A DNA stretch of 64,000 nt, taken from contig JBDLRP010000020.1 of the NCBI GenBank assembly GCA_039799905.1, forward strand, positions 12,200-76,199, given 5' to 3'. The notes under the pieces were generated by a model. The model saw only the letters and a program-made list of their open reading frames with translations. It was not told the origin of the DNA and made no database searches. Shown here piece by piece: positions 29,477-39,111 of this stretch. The stretch's first letter is position 1. Every line of letters begins with the position of its first letter. The translations under genes were made by a program, and so were the position numbers. Origin of the DNA: Pseudomonadota bacterium. Lineage in GTDB: Bacteria; Bdellovibrionota_B; Oligoflexia; Silvanigrellales; Silvanigrellaceae.

Positions 29477-31182
29477 TTCAGTTGCCCGTCACATTGATTT
29501 CTGGAGGCCGTAACACTCCAGCCCTGCAAAGTTCCGACATCGCGAGCTGCGACGTCCTTCACCTTGAGTTTCCAGTTTCCATCAAGTTTCTCTACTCTCG
29601 AGTCTACCTGAATTGTTTCGTGAATGCCTGTGTCAAGACGGCCATCAGTTTTGCTCGTGCGGCGACCCTTGAGCGAATTCGCGTTTGGATAAACGCGATA
29701 TTCCTTGCCCTCGGGCGAGAACACGCTGATGCGGAGGTCGCGCACATAGGGGTGTTCAATGTCCAAGCGGACCGACAATCCCGAGGCCGAGCCTTGATTG
29801 CTGCTGACAAAGGACGACTCGATGCCGACGGCATCGTTATCCGGAATGTTGATCTGTGTTTCGACAGTTCCGAGCTGCTCAGTCACGAGGCGGCCCATCT
29901 GAACTTCACGCAGCAGCTCAACTCCACCCTGATCACTCTTGGCCTTCAGGCTGAGCGGAAGTTTTTCGCCGCACTGTGCACTTGAAGAAACCTTGAAGAC
30001 AAAAGGTGAACGCGCTTCGCTCTGTTCACCTGTACTCATGTCGCTGAACTGAGCTTTGTTTTCAACAACGGTGATTTTTTCGGTCGTCGAGCTCAGAACA
30101 GCTTCGATGTTGGTGGTCGGGTTGACCGCCTTGTTGGTCAGCTTGAAAAATGCTTCCACCGTTTCGCCGGGCTCGACGAAACCGTTGTTGTTTCCGCTTT
30201 GCTCCTGATAGCGCACATCGGAATACTGGATTGCAAGGAACTCGAGCTGTGGCTTGAACCAGCAGAGCGGACGCACGCCGCCGGCGTATCCGGCTGCAGT
30301 CATGCACGACGATGCCGATGCTGTAAGTTCGCTGTCTTTGCTTGTCTGGCCACCGGCTGTGTTGCGTCCAGGGATGACATTCTTATCAAAACCGACTTGG
30401 CAAAGTGCACCGCTGAAGTAGGTGTCCAAACGGCATTGAGCATCGGGGTGCGCCGTGTAGGTGGACGAAACCTTGCGAGGATCTGGAGTGTCGAAACGCG
30501 GCAGGTTGGAGCCGCCTCTCAGTGCACCCAGCAGAGTTGCGAGGCTGTGACCCGCAGCTGCCGTGCGGTAGCACAAATCTTGGTCTTCTGTTTTGTTCCA
30601 CGCAGCGTCACACTTTTTCTTCTCGAATTCACCAACGAGGCCGCGGAAGCGTGCATTTTCGTTTGTCTGGTTGCGCCAGATCTCACGAGCGCACGACTGC
30701 GTCGCAAAATAGTCTGACTGGCCTTCTGAGGCGGCCCAGTCTCTGTCGCCATAGAAGGGGAAACCACCCAAGTGGTGACCAAGCTCGTGACAGACGACCA
30801 TTGCAAAGCCATCGGCAGTCACTTCAGCACGGCGAGCAAGACCGCCGTACATGTTGATGATCCAAGTGTTGCCCATTTGCTGTGCGCTGGCATTGACTGT
30901 TGGATCTGTCCAAAGGTTGTTGGATTTGAGAGTCGCGCCCTTCGCAGCAACAATGGGCTTGTAGTAGTTGATGATGGTGTTGACGATCGTGTTGAATTCC
31001 TGCTCGGTCATATTGGCAAGCGAATGAATGTTGTCTTGCAGGTGAAGATTGTTGGGAGGAAGAATGGAAGCTTCTGCGTTGCGGACAAACAACGAACCCG
31101 CAATCAAGCAAGCGGAAACTCCGCCACGCCACCACAATGAATTCCGCTCACCCTTCAACCGAGCCTTGTTCGCTGCCACCAT
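29446..31182 (-). CDS. Secreted zinc metalloprotease with C-terminal proprotein-convertase P-domain
   Basis: AGGAGG RBS; CHELGHH, EGQSDYFA; GNNNGFVEPGET; IPDND..HPYVRDL..GNWKLKVKD..DVGTLQGWS. Confidence 0.85.
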   Translation of the reverse strand: MVAANKARLKGERNSLWWRGGVSACLIAGSLFVRNAEASILPPNNLHLQDNIHSLANMTEQEFNTIVNTIINYYKPIVAAKGATLKSNNLWTDPTVNASAQQMGNTWIINMYGGLARRAEVTADGFAMVVCHELGHHLGGFPFYGDRDWAASEGQSDYFATQSCAREIWRNQTNENARFRGLVGEFEKKKCDAAWNKTEDQDLCYRTAAAGHSLATLLGALRGGSNLPRFDTPDPRKVSSTYTAHPDAQCRLDTYFSGALCQVGFDKNVIPGRNTAGGQTSKDSELTASASSCMTAAGYAGGVRPLCWFKPQLEFLAIQYSDVRYQEQSGNNNGFVEPGETVEAFFKLTNKAVNPTTNIEAVLSSTTEKITVVENKAQFSDMSTGEQSEARSPFVFKVSSSAQCGEKLPLSLKAKSDQGGVELLREVQMGRLVTEQLGTVETQINIPDNDAVGIESSFVSSNQGSASGLSVRLDIEHPYVRDLRISVFSPEGKEYRVYPNANSLKGRRTSKTDGRLDTGIHETIQVDSRVEKLDGNWKLKVKDVAARDVGTLQGWSVTASRNQCDGQLKWASRSARRK

Positions 31183-31246
31183 TTTTGATTTCCTCCTTGG
31201 ACGCTTTTGCGCCTCCAAGGATCATATGCTGGACGGGCGGCCGAAC

Positions 31247-31270
31247 AGGTGTGACGTTTCCGTCACACCT
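31247..31270 (-). terminator. Perfect 10-bp hairpin with GAAA loop downstream of flbD
   Basis: AGGTGTGACG-GAAA-CGTCACACCT on the minus strand; weak U tract. Confidence 0.5.
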
Positions 31271-31290
31271 ATCTGAAGTTTGACGACGTG

Positions 31291-31521
31291 CTAGCTCTTT
31301 GACATGACCAACGCCGCTCGTGATTCGACGAGTGCCTGCGACGGTAGCATTGAGTGCTTAATTTCATTGCACCTCTTAACGATGTCCTCGGGTGAATCAC
31401 GCACCACGACGCGTGCGCCACCCAGAAAAGTAATGGCTGTATCCGGCAATTGTTCAATCCACTGAATATTCAATTCATTGATGAACAATTTGGACCCATC
31501 AAGCTTTGTAACTTCAATCAT
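31291..31521 (-). CDS. flbD: Flagellar FlbD/SwrD family protein
   Basis: MIEVTKLDG..FIN...I..IE..PDT.IT...G...VVRDS.EDI pattern; AGGAG RBS. Confidence 0.85.
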   Translation of the reverse strand: MIEVTKLDGSKLFINELNIQWIEQLPDTAITFLGGARVVVRDSPEDIVKRCNEIKHSMLPSQALVESRAALVMSKS

Positions 31522-31567
31522 CTGCTCGCTCCTGTTGTGACGCATTCACGGATGCAATCGCGCTAAC

Positions 31568-32065
31568 TTAGCTGCGCATGTTCACAAACTGCAGTGGAAT
31601 CTTGAGCTGCCCCTGCTGGGCTTTCAGCAAAGTTATCACTTCCTGCAAATCATCGATCTTCTTGCCGGTGACACGAACTTGTTTGTCTTGAATCTGCGCC
31701 TCGACTTTCAGTTTTGAATCTTTGATGGCTTTGACAATCTGCTTTGCCTTTTCCTGCTCAAGCCCCTGCTTCACTTTGAGAGTCTGCTTGAGCATCATGC
31801 CCCCTGCAGGTTCTTTTTTGCCAATCTCTATAGCACCGAGCTCAATTCCACGCTTGATCAATTTTGAATTAAGAATGTCGACCATGCTATCGAGACGACT
31901 CTCCGCATCGGCATTGAGTTTGATCTCGGTTGATTTGCTGTCAAAGCTCAAATCAAACTTTGTTCCCTTGAAATCATAGCGTGCTTGTATTTCTTTTTGT
32001 GCCTGATTGACTGCGTTGTCGACTTCCTGAACATTAACTTCCGAGACAACGTCGAAGCTTGGCAT
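31568..32065 (-). CDS. yajQ: YajQ family nucleotide/c-di-GMP-binding protein
   Basis: MPSFDVVSEV, NAVNQA..EI..RYDFKG, VRVTGKKIDDLQ, LQFVNMR. Confidence 0.95.
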   Translation of the reverse strand: MPSFDVVSEVNVQEVDNAVNQAQKEIQARYDFKGTKFDLSFDSKSTEIKLNADAESRLDSMVDILNSKLIKRGIELGAIEIGKKEPAGGMMLKQTLKVKQGLEQEKAKQIVKAIKDSKLKVEAQIQDKQVRVTGKKIDDLQEVITLLKAQQGQLKIPLQFVNMRS

Positions 32066-32130
32066 AGACACCCCTCTGACTGACCGACGATTCGACGCAA
32101 ACTTTCATCACAAAGGAACTGCGCTTCGCT

Positions 32131-33432
32131 ATGGTTCAAAACGACGGCTCAACGCAGGGCGCCGATGGTACAATCAGACGTTATACTCTGTTATCGGTAT
32201 TTCTGACAATATTGCTCGACCTCGTCGGCTTCGGAATGTTCATTCCGATTCTTCCTTCCATCGCGCGCAGCTTGAATGCTTCAAATGCTGAAGCAGCCTA
32301 TCTGTCGACCTACTTCTCGGTCGGAACATTGCTGTCGGTTATGGTACTCGGAAGAATTTCCGACCGCATCGGACGCAAGAAGATTTTACTTGGCACCATC
32401 CTCCTCTCGATGATCGCACAGGGCGCAACAGGTTTTGCGGTGCAATTTGAAAGTTATGCGATGCTGGCTTTCATCAGGTTTTGCGCAGGTATCGCTGCCG
32501 GAAATATTTCTGTCGCACAGGCTGCCATCGCCGACATCACCCCTGCCCACGAACGCGCCCGTTCGATGGTCGTCATTGGAATTGCGTTTGGTGCCGGCTT
32601 CGCGCTCGGCCCCGCAATTGGTGCGTTGATCACCACACTGAGTCCCGACAACTCTCTCATGCCGATTGCCATGACTGCAGTTGGCCTCAACCTCATCAAC
32701 CTCATTTTGGTCTTTTTACGCTTTAAGGAGACACACCACCGCTTTGCGCCGCCCGAACTTTCGCCCATTATTGCTGCAGCTCGCGCCGGGACGGAGAGTG
32801 CAGGACAAGCCCGCTCCGGCCTCATCCAAGACACACGACAGCTTCTCGCCCGCCCGTTCTTCAAAACAACTCTGCTCATGCAGTTCATACAGGTGTTTGG
32901 ATTTGTCGGAGTGGAAACCATTCTGCCGCTGGTCCTGACAGACGCGTACGTCATGGACCAGAATTCCGTTTACCGCGCGTTCCTTTTTCTTGGCGCGGCT
33001 GTGCTTCTCATCAATGGTGGGGTCTCGAGGAAAGTTCTTGCACGTGCGGGCGAGGCTCGGACCCTCAATGCCGGACAGCTGTTCATGACGTTGGGAATAT
33101 TTCTGATTGCTTTTTTTCCTCCTAATGTGAGCGGACTTTACGGAGCCCTTGCGATGCTCTCGCTCGGCACTTCACTTGCCAACCCCGCACTGAGCGGACT
33201 TGTCAGCCGGTTGAGCCCACACGACAGACAGGGCTTAGCCCTTGGGACGGCACAAAGTCTTTCGGCAGGAGCAAGAATATTGGGTCCCGCCTTCATGGGC
33301 ATGCTCTACGATACGCTCAATGGAGCACCGTCCCTGTATATATCTAGTGGACTCTTGCTCGTTGTGACGCTCATCGGTATGGCAGGTCTTCGCGGTCTGA
33401 CGACCCGAACGACGATTTCGGTGCATGGCTAA
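32131..33432 (+). CDS. MFS transporter, TetA/DHA1-like
   Basis: LDLVGFG, GRISDRIGRK motif A, AIADIT, GFALGPAIG. Confidence 0.92.
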   Translation: MVQNDGSTQGADGTIRRYTLLSVFLTILLDLVGFGMFIPILPSIARSLNASNAEAAYLSTYFSVGTLLSVMVLGRISDRIGRKKILLGTILLSMIAQGATGFAVQFESYAMLAFIRFCAGIAAGNISVAQAAIADITPAHERARSMVVIGIAFGAGFALGPAIGALITTLSPDNSLMPIAMTAVGLNLINLILVFLRFKETHHRFAPPELSPIIAAARAGTESAGQARSGLIQDTRQLLARPFFKTTLLMQFIQVFGFVGVETILPLVLTDAYVMDQNSVYRAFLFLGAAVLLINGGVSRKVLARAGEARTLNAGQLFMTLGIFLIAFFPPNVSGLYGALAMLSLGTSLANPALSGLVSRLSPHDRQGLALGTAQSLSAGARILGPAFMGMLYDTLNGAPSLYISSGLLLVVTLIGMAGLRGLTTRTTISVHG

Positions 33433-33447
33433 ATAGGGAGAACACGC

Positions 33448-34032
33448 GTGAATTGGAAACTTCCACTCAATCAGGTTGGCAGCGGCTGCACTTTTGTTGT
33501 CGGACCATTCCAGGATAAAACCAAGTTCCGCTCGACCCGCCTCAATCTGGCACAACATGCGTGGCTGCAGGACATTATCACGGAACTGAATTGTTCGGCT
33601 GATGATGAAAATGGCAATTTTTCGTTGGCTGTGGATGTTGAAAAACAGGGTGAAACATACCGAGTCGGTGCTCATTTACGGATGGTCCCACAGCTCGAAT
33701 GCGTGCGCAGTCTTACACCGTTCCGCACCGCCATCGACTCAGAAAACGAAGCACTCTACATGCGCGGACTTGGCACACCCAGCGGTGGTGAACATGAACT
33801 GTCGGAAAGTGAAATGGAGTCCTATGAACATGATGGTCAGGGACTCATGTTGTCAGAATTTGTCACAGACGTGGTCTTTACCAGCCTGCCCGACTTCCCG
33901 CTCTGCCGCTCAGATTGCCGAGGCCTGTGCGCCAACTGCGGTTGCAACCTGAACGATGCAAAAAGCTGTGGCAACAAAGACGAGTCCGCAGATTCCGACT
34001 TCAGTTGCCCACACGCTCAATATTTTCAGTAA
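33448..34032 (+). CDS. yceD: YceD/DUF177 family protein
   Basis: ECVRSL and PLCRSDCRGLCANCGCNLN motifs. Confidence 0.85.
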   Translation: MNWKLPLNQVGSGCTFVVGPFQDKTKFRSTRLNLAQHAWLQDIITELNCSADDENGNFSLAVDVEKQGETYRVGAHLRMVPQLECVRSLTPFRTAIDSENEALYMRGLGTPSGGEHELSESEMESYEHDGQGLMLSEFVTDVVFTSLPDFPLCRSDCRGLCANCGCNLNDAKSCGNKDESADSDFSCPHAQYFQ

Positions 34033-34041
34033 CTATTTTGT

Positions 34042-34638
34042 TCACTGGCTGATGAACAACGAACGCCAGACAACCGCCGCCATGACCACGGCAATCAAAG
34101 TGGACAGAGCGAGAACAACTGTCGGCAAAGTCTTTATGACAACCTCACGGACGATTTGATCGCGCTGGCTCTTATATGCCGCCGAAAGTTCGCTCATGAG
34201 CGTCCCCTGTTCGTCGGCAGTTGCAAGTGAATCGAGCAGGCGCTGGTGTGCCTTCTTGTACATCGCAGCCCAAGATGCACCCTCTTCGAACAACGTGGCA
34301 GGATCTGTTTGCGAAAAAACGTGCCTGCACATCAGTACATCGCGGGTAAAATCGTCCGTTTCGGAGCAAAGAGTTCTGCTAAAGGAACGGAAGCCGAGCC
34401 ACAAGCCAAAACGAGCTCGCACTTGAGCAATACCGACCGACGAACTGAGCTCGTCACGAACTGCGACTGCAAATGATTGGACTAGTTTTTCAGGATTTTC
34501 CGTTAAGCCGGAAAGACAGTTGAGTCTTGCCAGAAGTATTACGAGAACAGGATCCAAGTTACGTCGGCTGCTCTCCGAAGCAAGAGCACCATCGCGGACG
34601 ACTTCGCCCGCTGTCATCTCAGGTGAAAAAAGTGTCAC
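34042..34638 (-). CDS. Hypothetical protein with C-terminal membrane anchor
   Basis: 198 aa; GGAGG RBS; C-terminal hydrophobic helix. Confidence 0.6.
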   Translation of the reverse strand: MTLFSPEMTAGEVVRDGALASESSRRNLDPVLVILLARLNCLSGLTENPEKLVQSFAVAVRDELSSSVGIAQVRARFGLWLGFRSFSRTLCSETDDFTRDVLMCRHVFSQTDPATLFEEGASWAAMYKKAHQRLLDSLATADEQGTLMSELSAAYKSQRDQIVREVVIKTLPTVVLALSTLIAVVMAAVVWRSLFISQ

Positions 34639-34661
34639 CCGTGCCTCCGTTTGTGATCGGA

Positions 34662-34937
34662 TTACATCAGCTCCATTTCACTGAAACTGGCGAAACCGCC
34701 AAACTCGGGCATGTACTCAACGTCATTCTTTGGAATGAGAACCTGACGCTCTCCCGTTCCACCACGCTGGTAAGCCGCAAATCGTGGGCATGCTTTAAAT
34801 GCTGCGTCCTCGAAGGGCGCATATGTGCATGCAGCTCCACAAGCAGACTTCACACCGCACACATCACTCAAAACCAATTGGCCTTGAGCGTCTACCATGC
34901 CCTGTTTGACATGATATGGACAACGCTGTGCTTTCAT
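34662..34937 (-). CDS. Small Cys-rich hypothetical protein
   Basis: AGGAGG RBS; CPYH, CGVKSAC...C, CPRF. Confidence 0.7.
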   Translation of the reverse strand: MKAQRCPYHVKQGMVDAQGQLVLSDVCGVKSACGAACTYAPFEDAAFKACPRFAAYQRGGTGERQVLIPKNDVEYMPEFGGFASFSEMELM

Positions 34938-35285
34938 CGCCTATCCTCCTTGATGGCAAAGTGGGCACCTGAGCAGTTTCCTACTGCTGGTAAAACAAAC
35001 AATTTTTTGGATTTACGCCTGCAGTAAAACACGACCTCCAAAGTGTGTCAACCCGCCGGCCAGTCAAGCCTCTGCTCGCAGTCAAATCACCGACAATCTT
35101 CGAAGCTCACTTTCGTTTGTCTTAACTGCGTGAATTGCAAATTCCGATCATGTTTAGAAAATTTTTCGATCATTTTTTGTGACACTCGTGATGCACGCAG
35201 AAATTTGTCATCGCATCGGGTGAATTCCAAAACAGCATCCAAACTGTTTCTTCCCGATCCTTCTTTGCACTTCCCGAAAGGAAAC

Positions 35286-36257
35286 ATGCTCAATCAAAAT
35301 TTCTCGCAAACCCCAAACCACAACGCCACACTGCTCTGGTTTGTTCAAAACAATTTCACCAGCCGCGAATTGCGGCTCTTCAGACACATTCACATGAAGT
35401 GCGGTGTTCTGAATCAAGAACTGGATGGCTCTGTGACGGAGCTGGAAAGAGCAATCTGCGATTGCCTGACAGACGAGCGTCGCAGCGCCATAAAAAAAGA
35501 CATCCGCCGCCTGGCATCTGAGACTCCACAATCCGGACTACTCAGCTGCCAGCAGCTTGCTGAATTCACGGCCCGGCCGCTACCCGCGGACTTTCCACTG
35601 GCCATGCGTTTTCTCGGCGAGCCGAATGTTCTCAGGCAAAAACGCGTGGCCATTGTCGGCTCAAGACAACCCACTTTTTATGGGCGCGAACAGGCCGCGC
35701 GCTTCGCACGAACGCTCGCTGAAAATGGCGTCTGTGTCGTTTCGGGCGCAGCCATCGGTATAGATACTGTGGCAAACCTCATGGCGCATGCCTATGGAGC
35801 GAGTGTGGCTGTGCTTGGCTCAGGGCTTGCGATGCCCTACCCGCGTTCAAACCTCTCATTGCTCAGTGCGATGAGTCGTTCTGGCCGAGGGCTGATTCTC
35901 AGCGAATTTCCCGACCAGCAACGCGCAGAAAAGTGGAATTTTCCCCGCAGAAACAGGATTATCGCCGGACTATGTGACTTTTTACTGGTTGTTGAGGCGG
36001 GGCTTGCCAGCGGTACTCTAATTACTGCGCATCTGGCTGCCGACCTGGGCGTCGAAGTCGGGGCGCTCCCCGGACCTGTCCACAGCCCGACGAGCCAGGG
36101 AAGTAACCTCCTGATAAAAGAGGGGGCTTTTTGCATCGAGAGGCCCGAGGAAATCCTTGAAAGATTCGTCATTCTGGGTCATCAGGAGAGCGGTCATCAG
36201 GAGACCGCTGCACATGATGAATTTCGAAGACAACCCGTTTCTCCGCCGCTTTTCTGA
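35286..36257 (+). CDS. dprA: DNA-processing protein DprA
   Basis: VAIVGSR, VSGAAIGID, SEFP, NFPRRNRII, VVEAG..SGTLITA, GSNLLIKEGA. Confidence 0.93.
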   Translation: MLNQNFSQTPNHNATLLWFVQNNFTSRELRLFRHIHMKCGVLNQELDGSVTELERAICDCLTDERRSAIKKDIRRLASETPQSGLLSCQQLAEFTARPLPADFPLAMRFLGEPNVLRQKRVAIVGSRQPTFYGREQAARFARTLAENGVCVVSGAAIGIDTVANLMAHAYGASVAVLGSGLAMPYPRSNLSLLSAMSRSGRGLILSEFPDQQRAEKWNFPRRNRIIAGLCDFLLVVEAGLASGTLITAHLAADLGVEVGALPGPVHSPTSQGSNLLIKEGAFCIERPEEILERFVILGHQESGHQETAAHDEFRRQPVSPPLF

Positions 36258-37383
36258 TCCGCTGAGCATCCGCTCGCTGCAGGTCAAAAATCGCGTTTTC
36301 CTCGCCCCGCTCGCCGGCGTTTCAGACATCCCGTTCCGCCGCGTCTGCCAAGAGCAGGGAGCCGGTCTCACGTATGTGGAAATGCTCTCGTCAACAGCAA
36401 TCCGTTACAAAAATCGCCGGACCTTTGAAATGATGGCCCGTCACGCATCCGAGACGGTGCTCGGTGTTCAGGTGACGGGTCCAAATGCTGAAGACGTCGC
36501 CACAGCGATTGAAATTCTCGACTCCTGCGGTTTCGACACCATCGACATCAACATGGGCTGTCCAGTAAAAAAGGTCACCGGTGCAGGCTGCGGCAGTGCC
36601 ATCCTTAAGGACCCTGCCCGTGTCCAGAAGACCGTCGAGCTCGCACGTGCGGCCACGGGCAAACCGCTCAGTGCAAAAATCCGTCTTGGCTACACGCGCG
36701 ACGCGGTCAACGTAAACGATACAACCACACGCATTGCGTTGTCGGCAGCGGACATGGTGACCATTCACGGCAGAACGCGCTCGGAATCATATTCAACCGC
36801 CGTTGACTGCGCGGGCATTCGCAGTGGAGTTCAGTCAGCAATTTCAGCCGCCCTGCTCGCTGAACGCGAAGCTCCGGTGACTGTCGGCAACGGAGACATC
36901 TTCGACTTTGCCTCGGCACAGCAGATGCTGCGCGAAACCGGCTGCGACGCCGTCATGGTGAGCCGCGGCGCGCTCGGAAATCCATGGATATTCCGAGAAA
37001 TACTTGACGAGAAGCCCTATCATCCGAGCTTCGCAGAGTGGCTGGATGTCGTGATGGATCATATTGACTACCATCAGGAACACTATGGAAATACCACCAC
37101 TGCGGCTGTCCTGATGCGCAAACATCTGCTCTGGTACGCGAAGGGATTCCCCGCAATCAAGGGACTGCGCGACTTCCTCAACCGGGTTGACACGCTCGAC
37201 TCTGCGCGCGAGATTCTCAGGAATTTCGCAGCAACCATTCCCGCGGCAACGCCGCGCTTTATTTGGTGCGAAAGTGAATCAGCAGGGCAAAAGCACATGT
37301 ACGACCCGAAATATGAAATGGACCGCCAGCTGGATCGCGGCGTCGGCAACGAAGGACTCACACAAATCGAAGAAGGAATTTGA
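36214..37383 (+). CDS. dusB: tRNA-dihydrouridine synthase B family
   Basis: LAPLAGVSD, DINMGCPVKKV, KIRLG, IHGRT, GNGDI, RGALGNPWIF. Confidence 0.93.
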   Translation: MMNFEDNPFLRRFSDPLSIRSLQVKNRVFLAPLAGVSDIPFRRVCQEQGAGLTYVEMLSSTAIRYKNRRTFEMMARHASETVLGVQVTGPNAEDVATAIEILDSCGFDTIDINMGCPVKKVTGAGCGSAILKDPARVQKTVELARAATGKPLSAKIRLGYTRDAVNVNDTTTRIALSAADMVTIHGRTRSESYSTAVDCAGIRSGVQSAISAALLAEREAPVTVGNGDIFDFASAQQMLRETGCDAVMVSRGALGNPWIFREILDEKPYHPSFAEWLDVVMDHIDYHQEHYGNTTTAAVLMRKHLLWYAKGFPAIKGLRDFLNRVDTLDSAREILRNFAATIPAATPRFIWCESESAGQKHMYDPKYEMDRQLDRGVGNEGLTQIEEGI

Positions 37384-37385
37384 AC

Positions 37386-38060
37386 ATGAACGACCACAAT
37401 AAACATTCACACAACCAGCATGGCCACGAGCACTCACACCATGATTGCTGCGGGCATGAGAAGCACACACACGCTGAGCAGCACGATCACAGCCACCACC
37501 ACACCGGTGGCACTGACGCGCACAAACACGGACACGACTGCAGCGACCATGAACATGACCACAAACATGAGCATAATCACGCCCACCAGCACGACCATGC
37601 ACACCACCACGGTCATGATTGCTGCGATCACGACCATGCACACGGTCATCATCATCTGAGTTCCGAAGAATGCTCATCGCTTTTCAGTCAGGCTCAGGAA
37701 AGTGACGATCCGACAGAGGCGCTCGACCTTCTGCTGATTGCAGGCGAAGGCTTTGCGCATCTTGGTGATGCTGTGGGAACTGCCGCAGTCAACGGACTCC
37801 TTGCAAAAAAAATCCCGACCCTGCAGCCATTGTCCAAGCTAAAGACAGCGCAAGTCGCAGCACTCAAAGCGCTTGAACTCGCGCTCAACAAGGAATCAGA
37901 AAAAGCCAAGTCCGCACTGACCCAGAGTGTCAGCGATCTGGAGGACTTCAGCGGCGAAGATCGCGAAGAAGTTGAACCGCTTCTCGCAGACGTGCGCAAG
38001 CAGCTGGCAGGCATCAGAACAGGCGGCTTGAAGTCGCTGCTGAGTAAATTTAAATTCTGA
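37386..38060 (+). CDS. His/Cys-rich putative metal-binding protein with helical C-terminal domain
   Basis: About 38 His in the first ~90 aa, three HDC(C/S) units; ends GGLKSLLSKFKF. Confidence 0.8.
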   Translation: MNDHNKHSHNQHGHEHSHHDCCGHEKHTHAEQHDHSHHHTGGTDAHKHGHDCSDHEHDHKHEHNHAHQHDHAHHHGHDCCDHDHAHGHHHLSSEECSSLFSQAQESDDPTEALDLLLIAGEGFAHLGDAVGTAAVNGLLAKKIPTLQPLSKLKTAQVAALKALELALNKESEKAKSALTQSVSDLEDFSGEDREEVEPLLADVRKQLAGIRTGGLKSLLSKFKF

Positions 38061-38065
38061 ATCTC

Positions 38066-38087
38066 CAGACAGAGCCCCCTCTGTCTG
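38066..38087. other. Perfect 9-bp stem-loop between the His-rich gene and sbtA
   Basis: CAGACAGAG-CCCC-CTCTGTCTG; no U tract. Confidence 0.6.
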
Positions 38088-38121
38088 CAGCAGGCAAAGT
38101 TGAAATAAGGAGTTTTTCAAC

Positions 38122-39111
38122 GTGACAGCCGATTTGTGGCCGGTTCTTCAATCGAACCTCTTTTCGCCGGTCGTCCTCTGCTTTTTTCTGGGTTGTCTTG
38201 CAACGTTTGTAAAAAGCGATCTGCGCATTCCTGAACCCATTTATTCCATTTTGACCATTTACCTCCTCTTTGCACTTGGCCTGAAGGGTGGCGTGGAGTT
38301 GTCGAACTCCTCGCTGGGTGAAATCTGGAAACCCAGCTTGGCGACGCTGGTGATTGGTTCAATCACTCCACTGATTGCATACGCTGTGGCCCGTTTTATT
38401 GGCCGCTTGAGCGTCGAAGACTCCGCCGCACTGGGAGCTCACTACGGTTCAGTTTCAGTTGTAACCTTCATCGCGATTCAATCGTTTTTACGGACATTGG
38501 AAATCGGCTTCGAGGGATTCCTCTCGGTACAAGTTGTTCTTCTTGAGGTACCGGCAATTTTCATAAGCCTGCTGCTCGCGCAACTGGCCAAAAATCAAAA
38601 TTCGGACTGGACCTCGATCCGTGGTGCGATGCACGAAATTTTATCAGGTCGCAGCATTCTTCTGCTGCTCGGCGGGCTGATGATTGGTGCTCTCAGCGGG
38701 CCCTCCGGCTACGCGCGCGTGGAGCCCTTCTTCGGTGGACCCTTTCAAGGTGTTGTCGCGCTCTTTTTGCTCGAGATGGGCATTGTCGCATCGCGTAGAT
38801 TTCGTGATCTAAAGAGTGTGGGCGGCTTTGTCATCCTGTTTGGAACTCTCATCCCGATTTTGAATTCACTGATTGGAATACTTCTTGGACACTGGGCGGG
38901 CCTCAGTTTGGGCGGCACTGTCATTATGGGCGTTCTGGCGGCAAGCGCCTCCTACATCGCCGCGCCGGCAGCCGTGCGTTTGGCGTTGCCGGAGGCAAAC
39001 CCGGGCATCTACCTGACCTCCGCCCTGACAATCACTTTCCCGTTCAATCTCGTTGTCGGAATTCCGCTCTACTTTAAGTTTGCACAGATGCTGAAGGAGG
39101 TTCTGCAATGA
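38122..39111 (+). CDS. sbtA: SbtA-family sodium-dependent bicarbonate transporter
   Basis: KSDLRIP, YLLFALGLKGG, AHYGSVSVVTF, FLLEMG, ASASYIAAPAA, TFPFNLVVGIPLY. Confidence 0.92.
   Translation: MTADLWPVLQSNLFSPVVLCFFLGCLATFVKSDLRIPEPIYSILTIYLLFALGLKGGVELSNSSLGEIWKPSLATLVIGSITPLIAYAVARFIGRLSVEDSAALGAHYGSVSVVTFIAIQSFLRTLEIGFEGFLSVQVVLLEVPAIFISLLLAQLAKNQNSDWTSIRGAMHEILSGRSILLLLGGLMIGALSGPSGYARVEPFFGGPFQGVVALFLLEMGIVASRRFRDLKSVGGFVILFGTLIPILNSLIGILLGHWAGLSLGGTVIMGVLAASASYIAAPAAVRLALPEANPGIYLTSALTITFPFNLVVGIPLYFKFAQMLKEVLQ

Noticed and set aside
37420..37659. Thr/Met-rich and Val/Met-rich ORFs
   Set aside because: Alternative-frame readings of the CAY-rich His tract.
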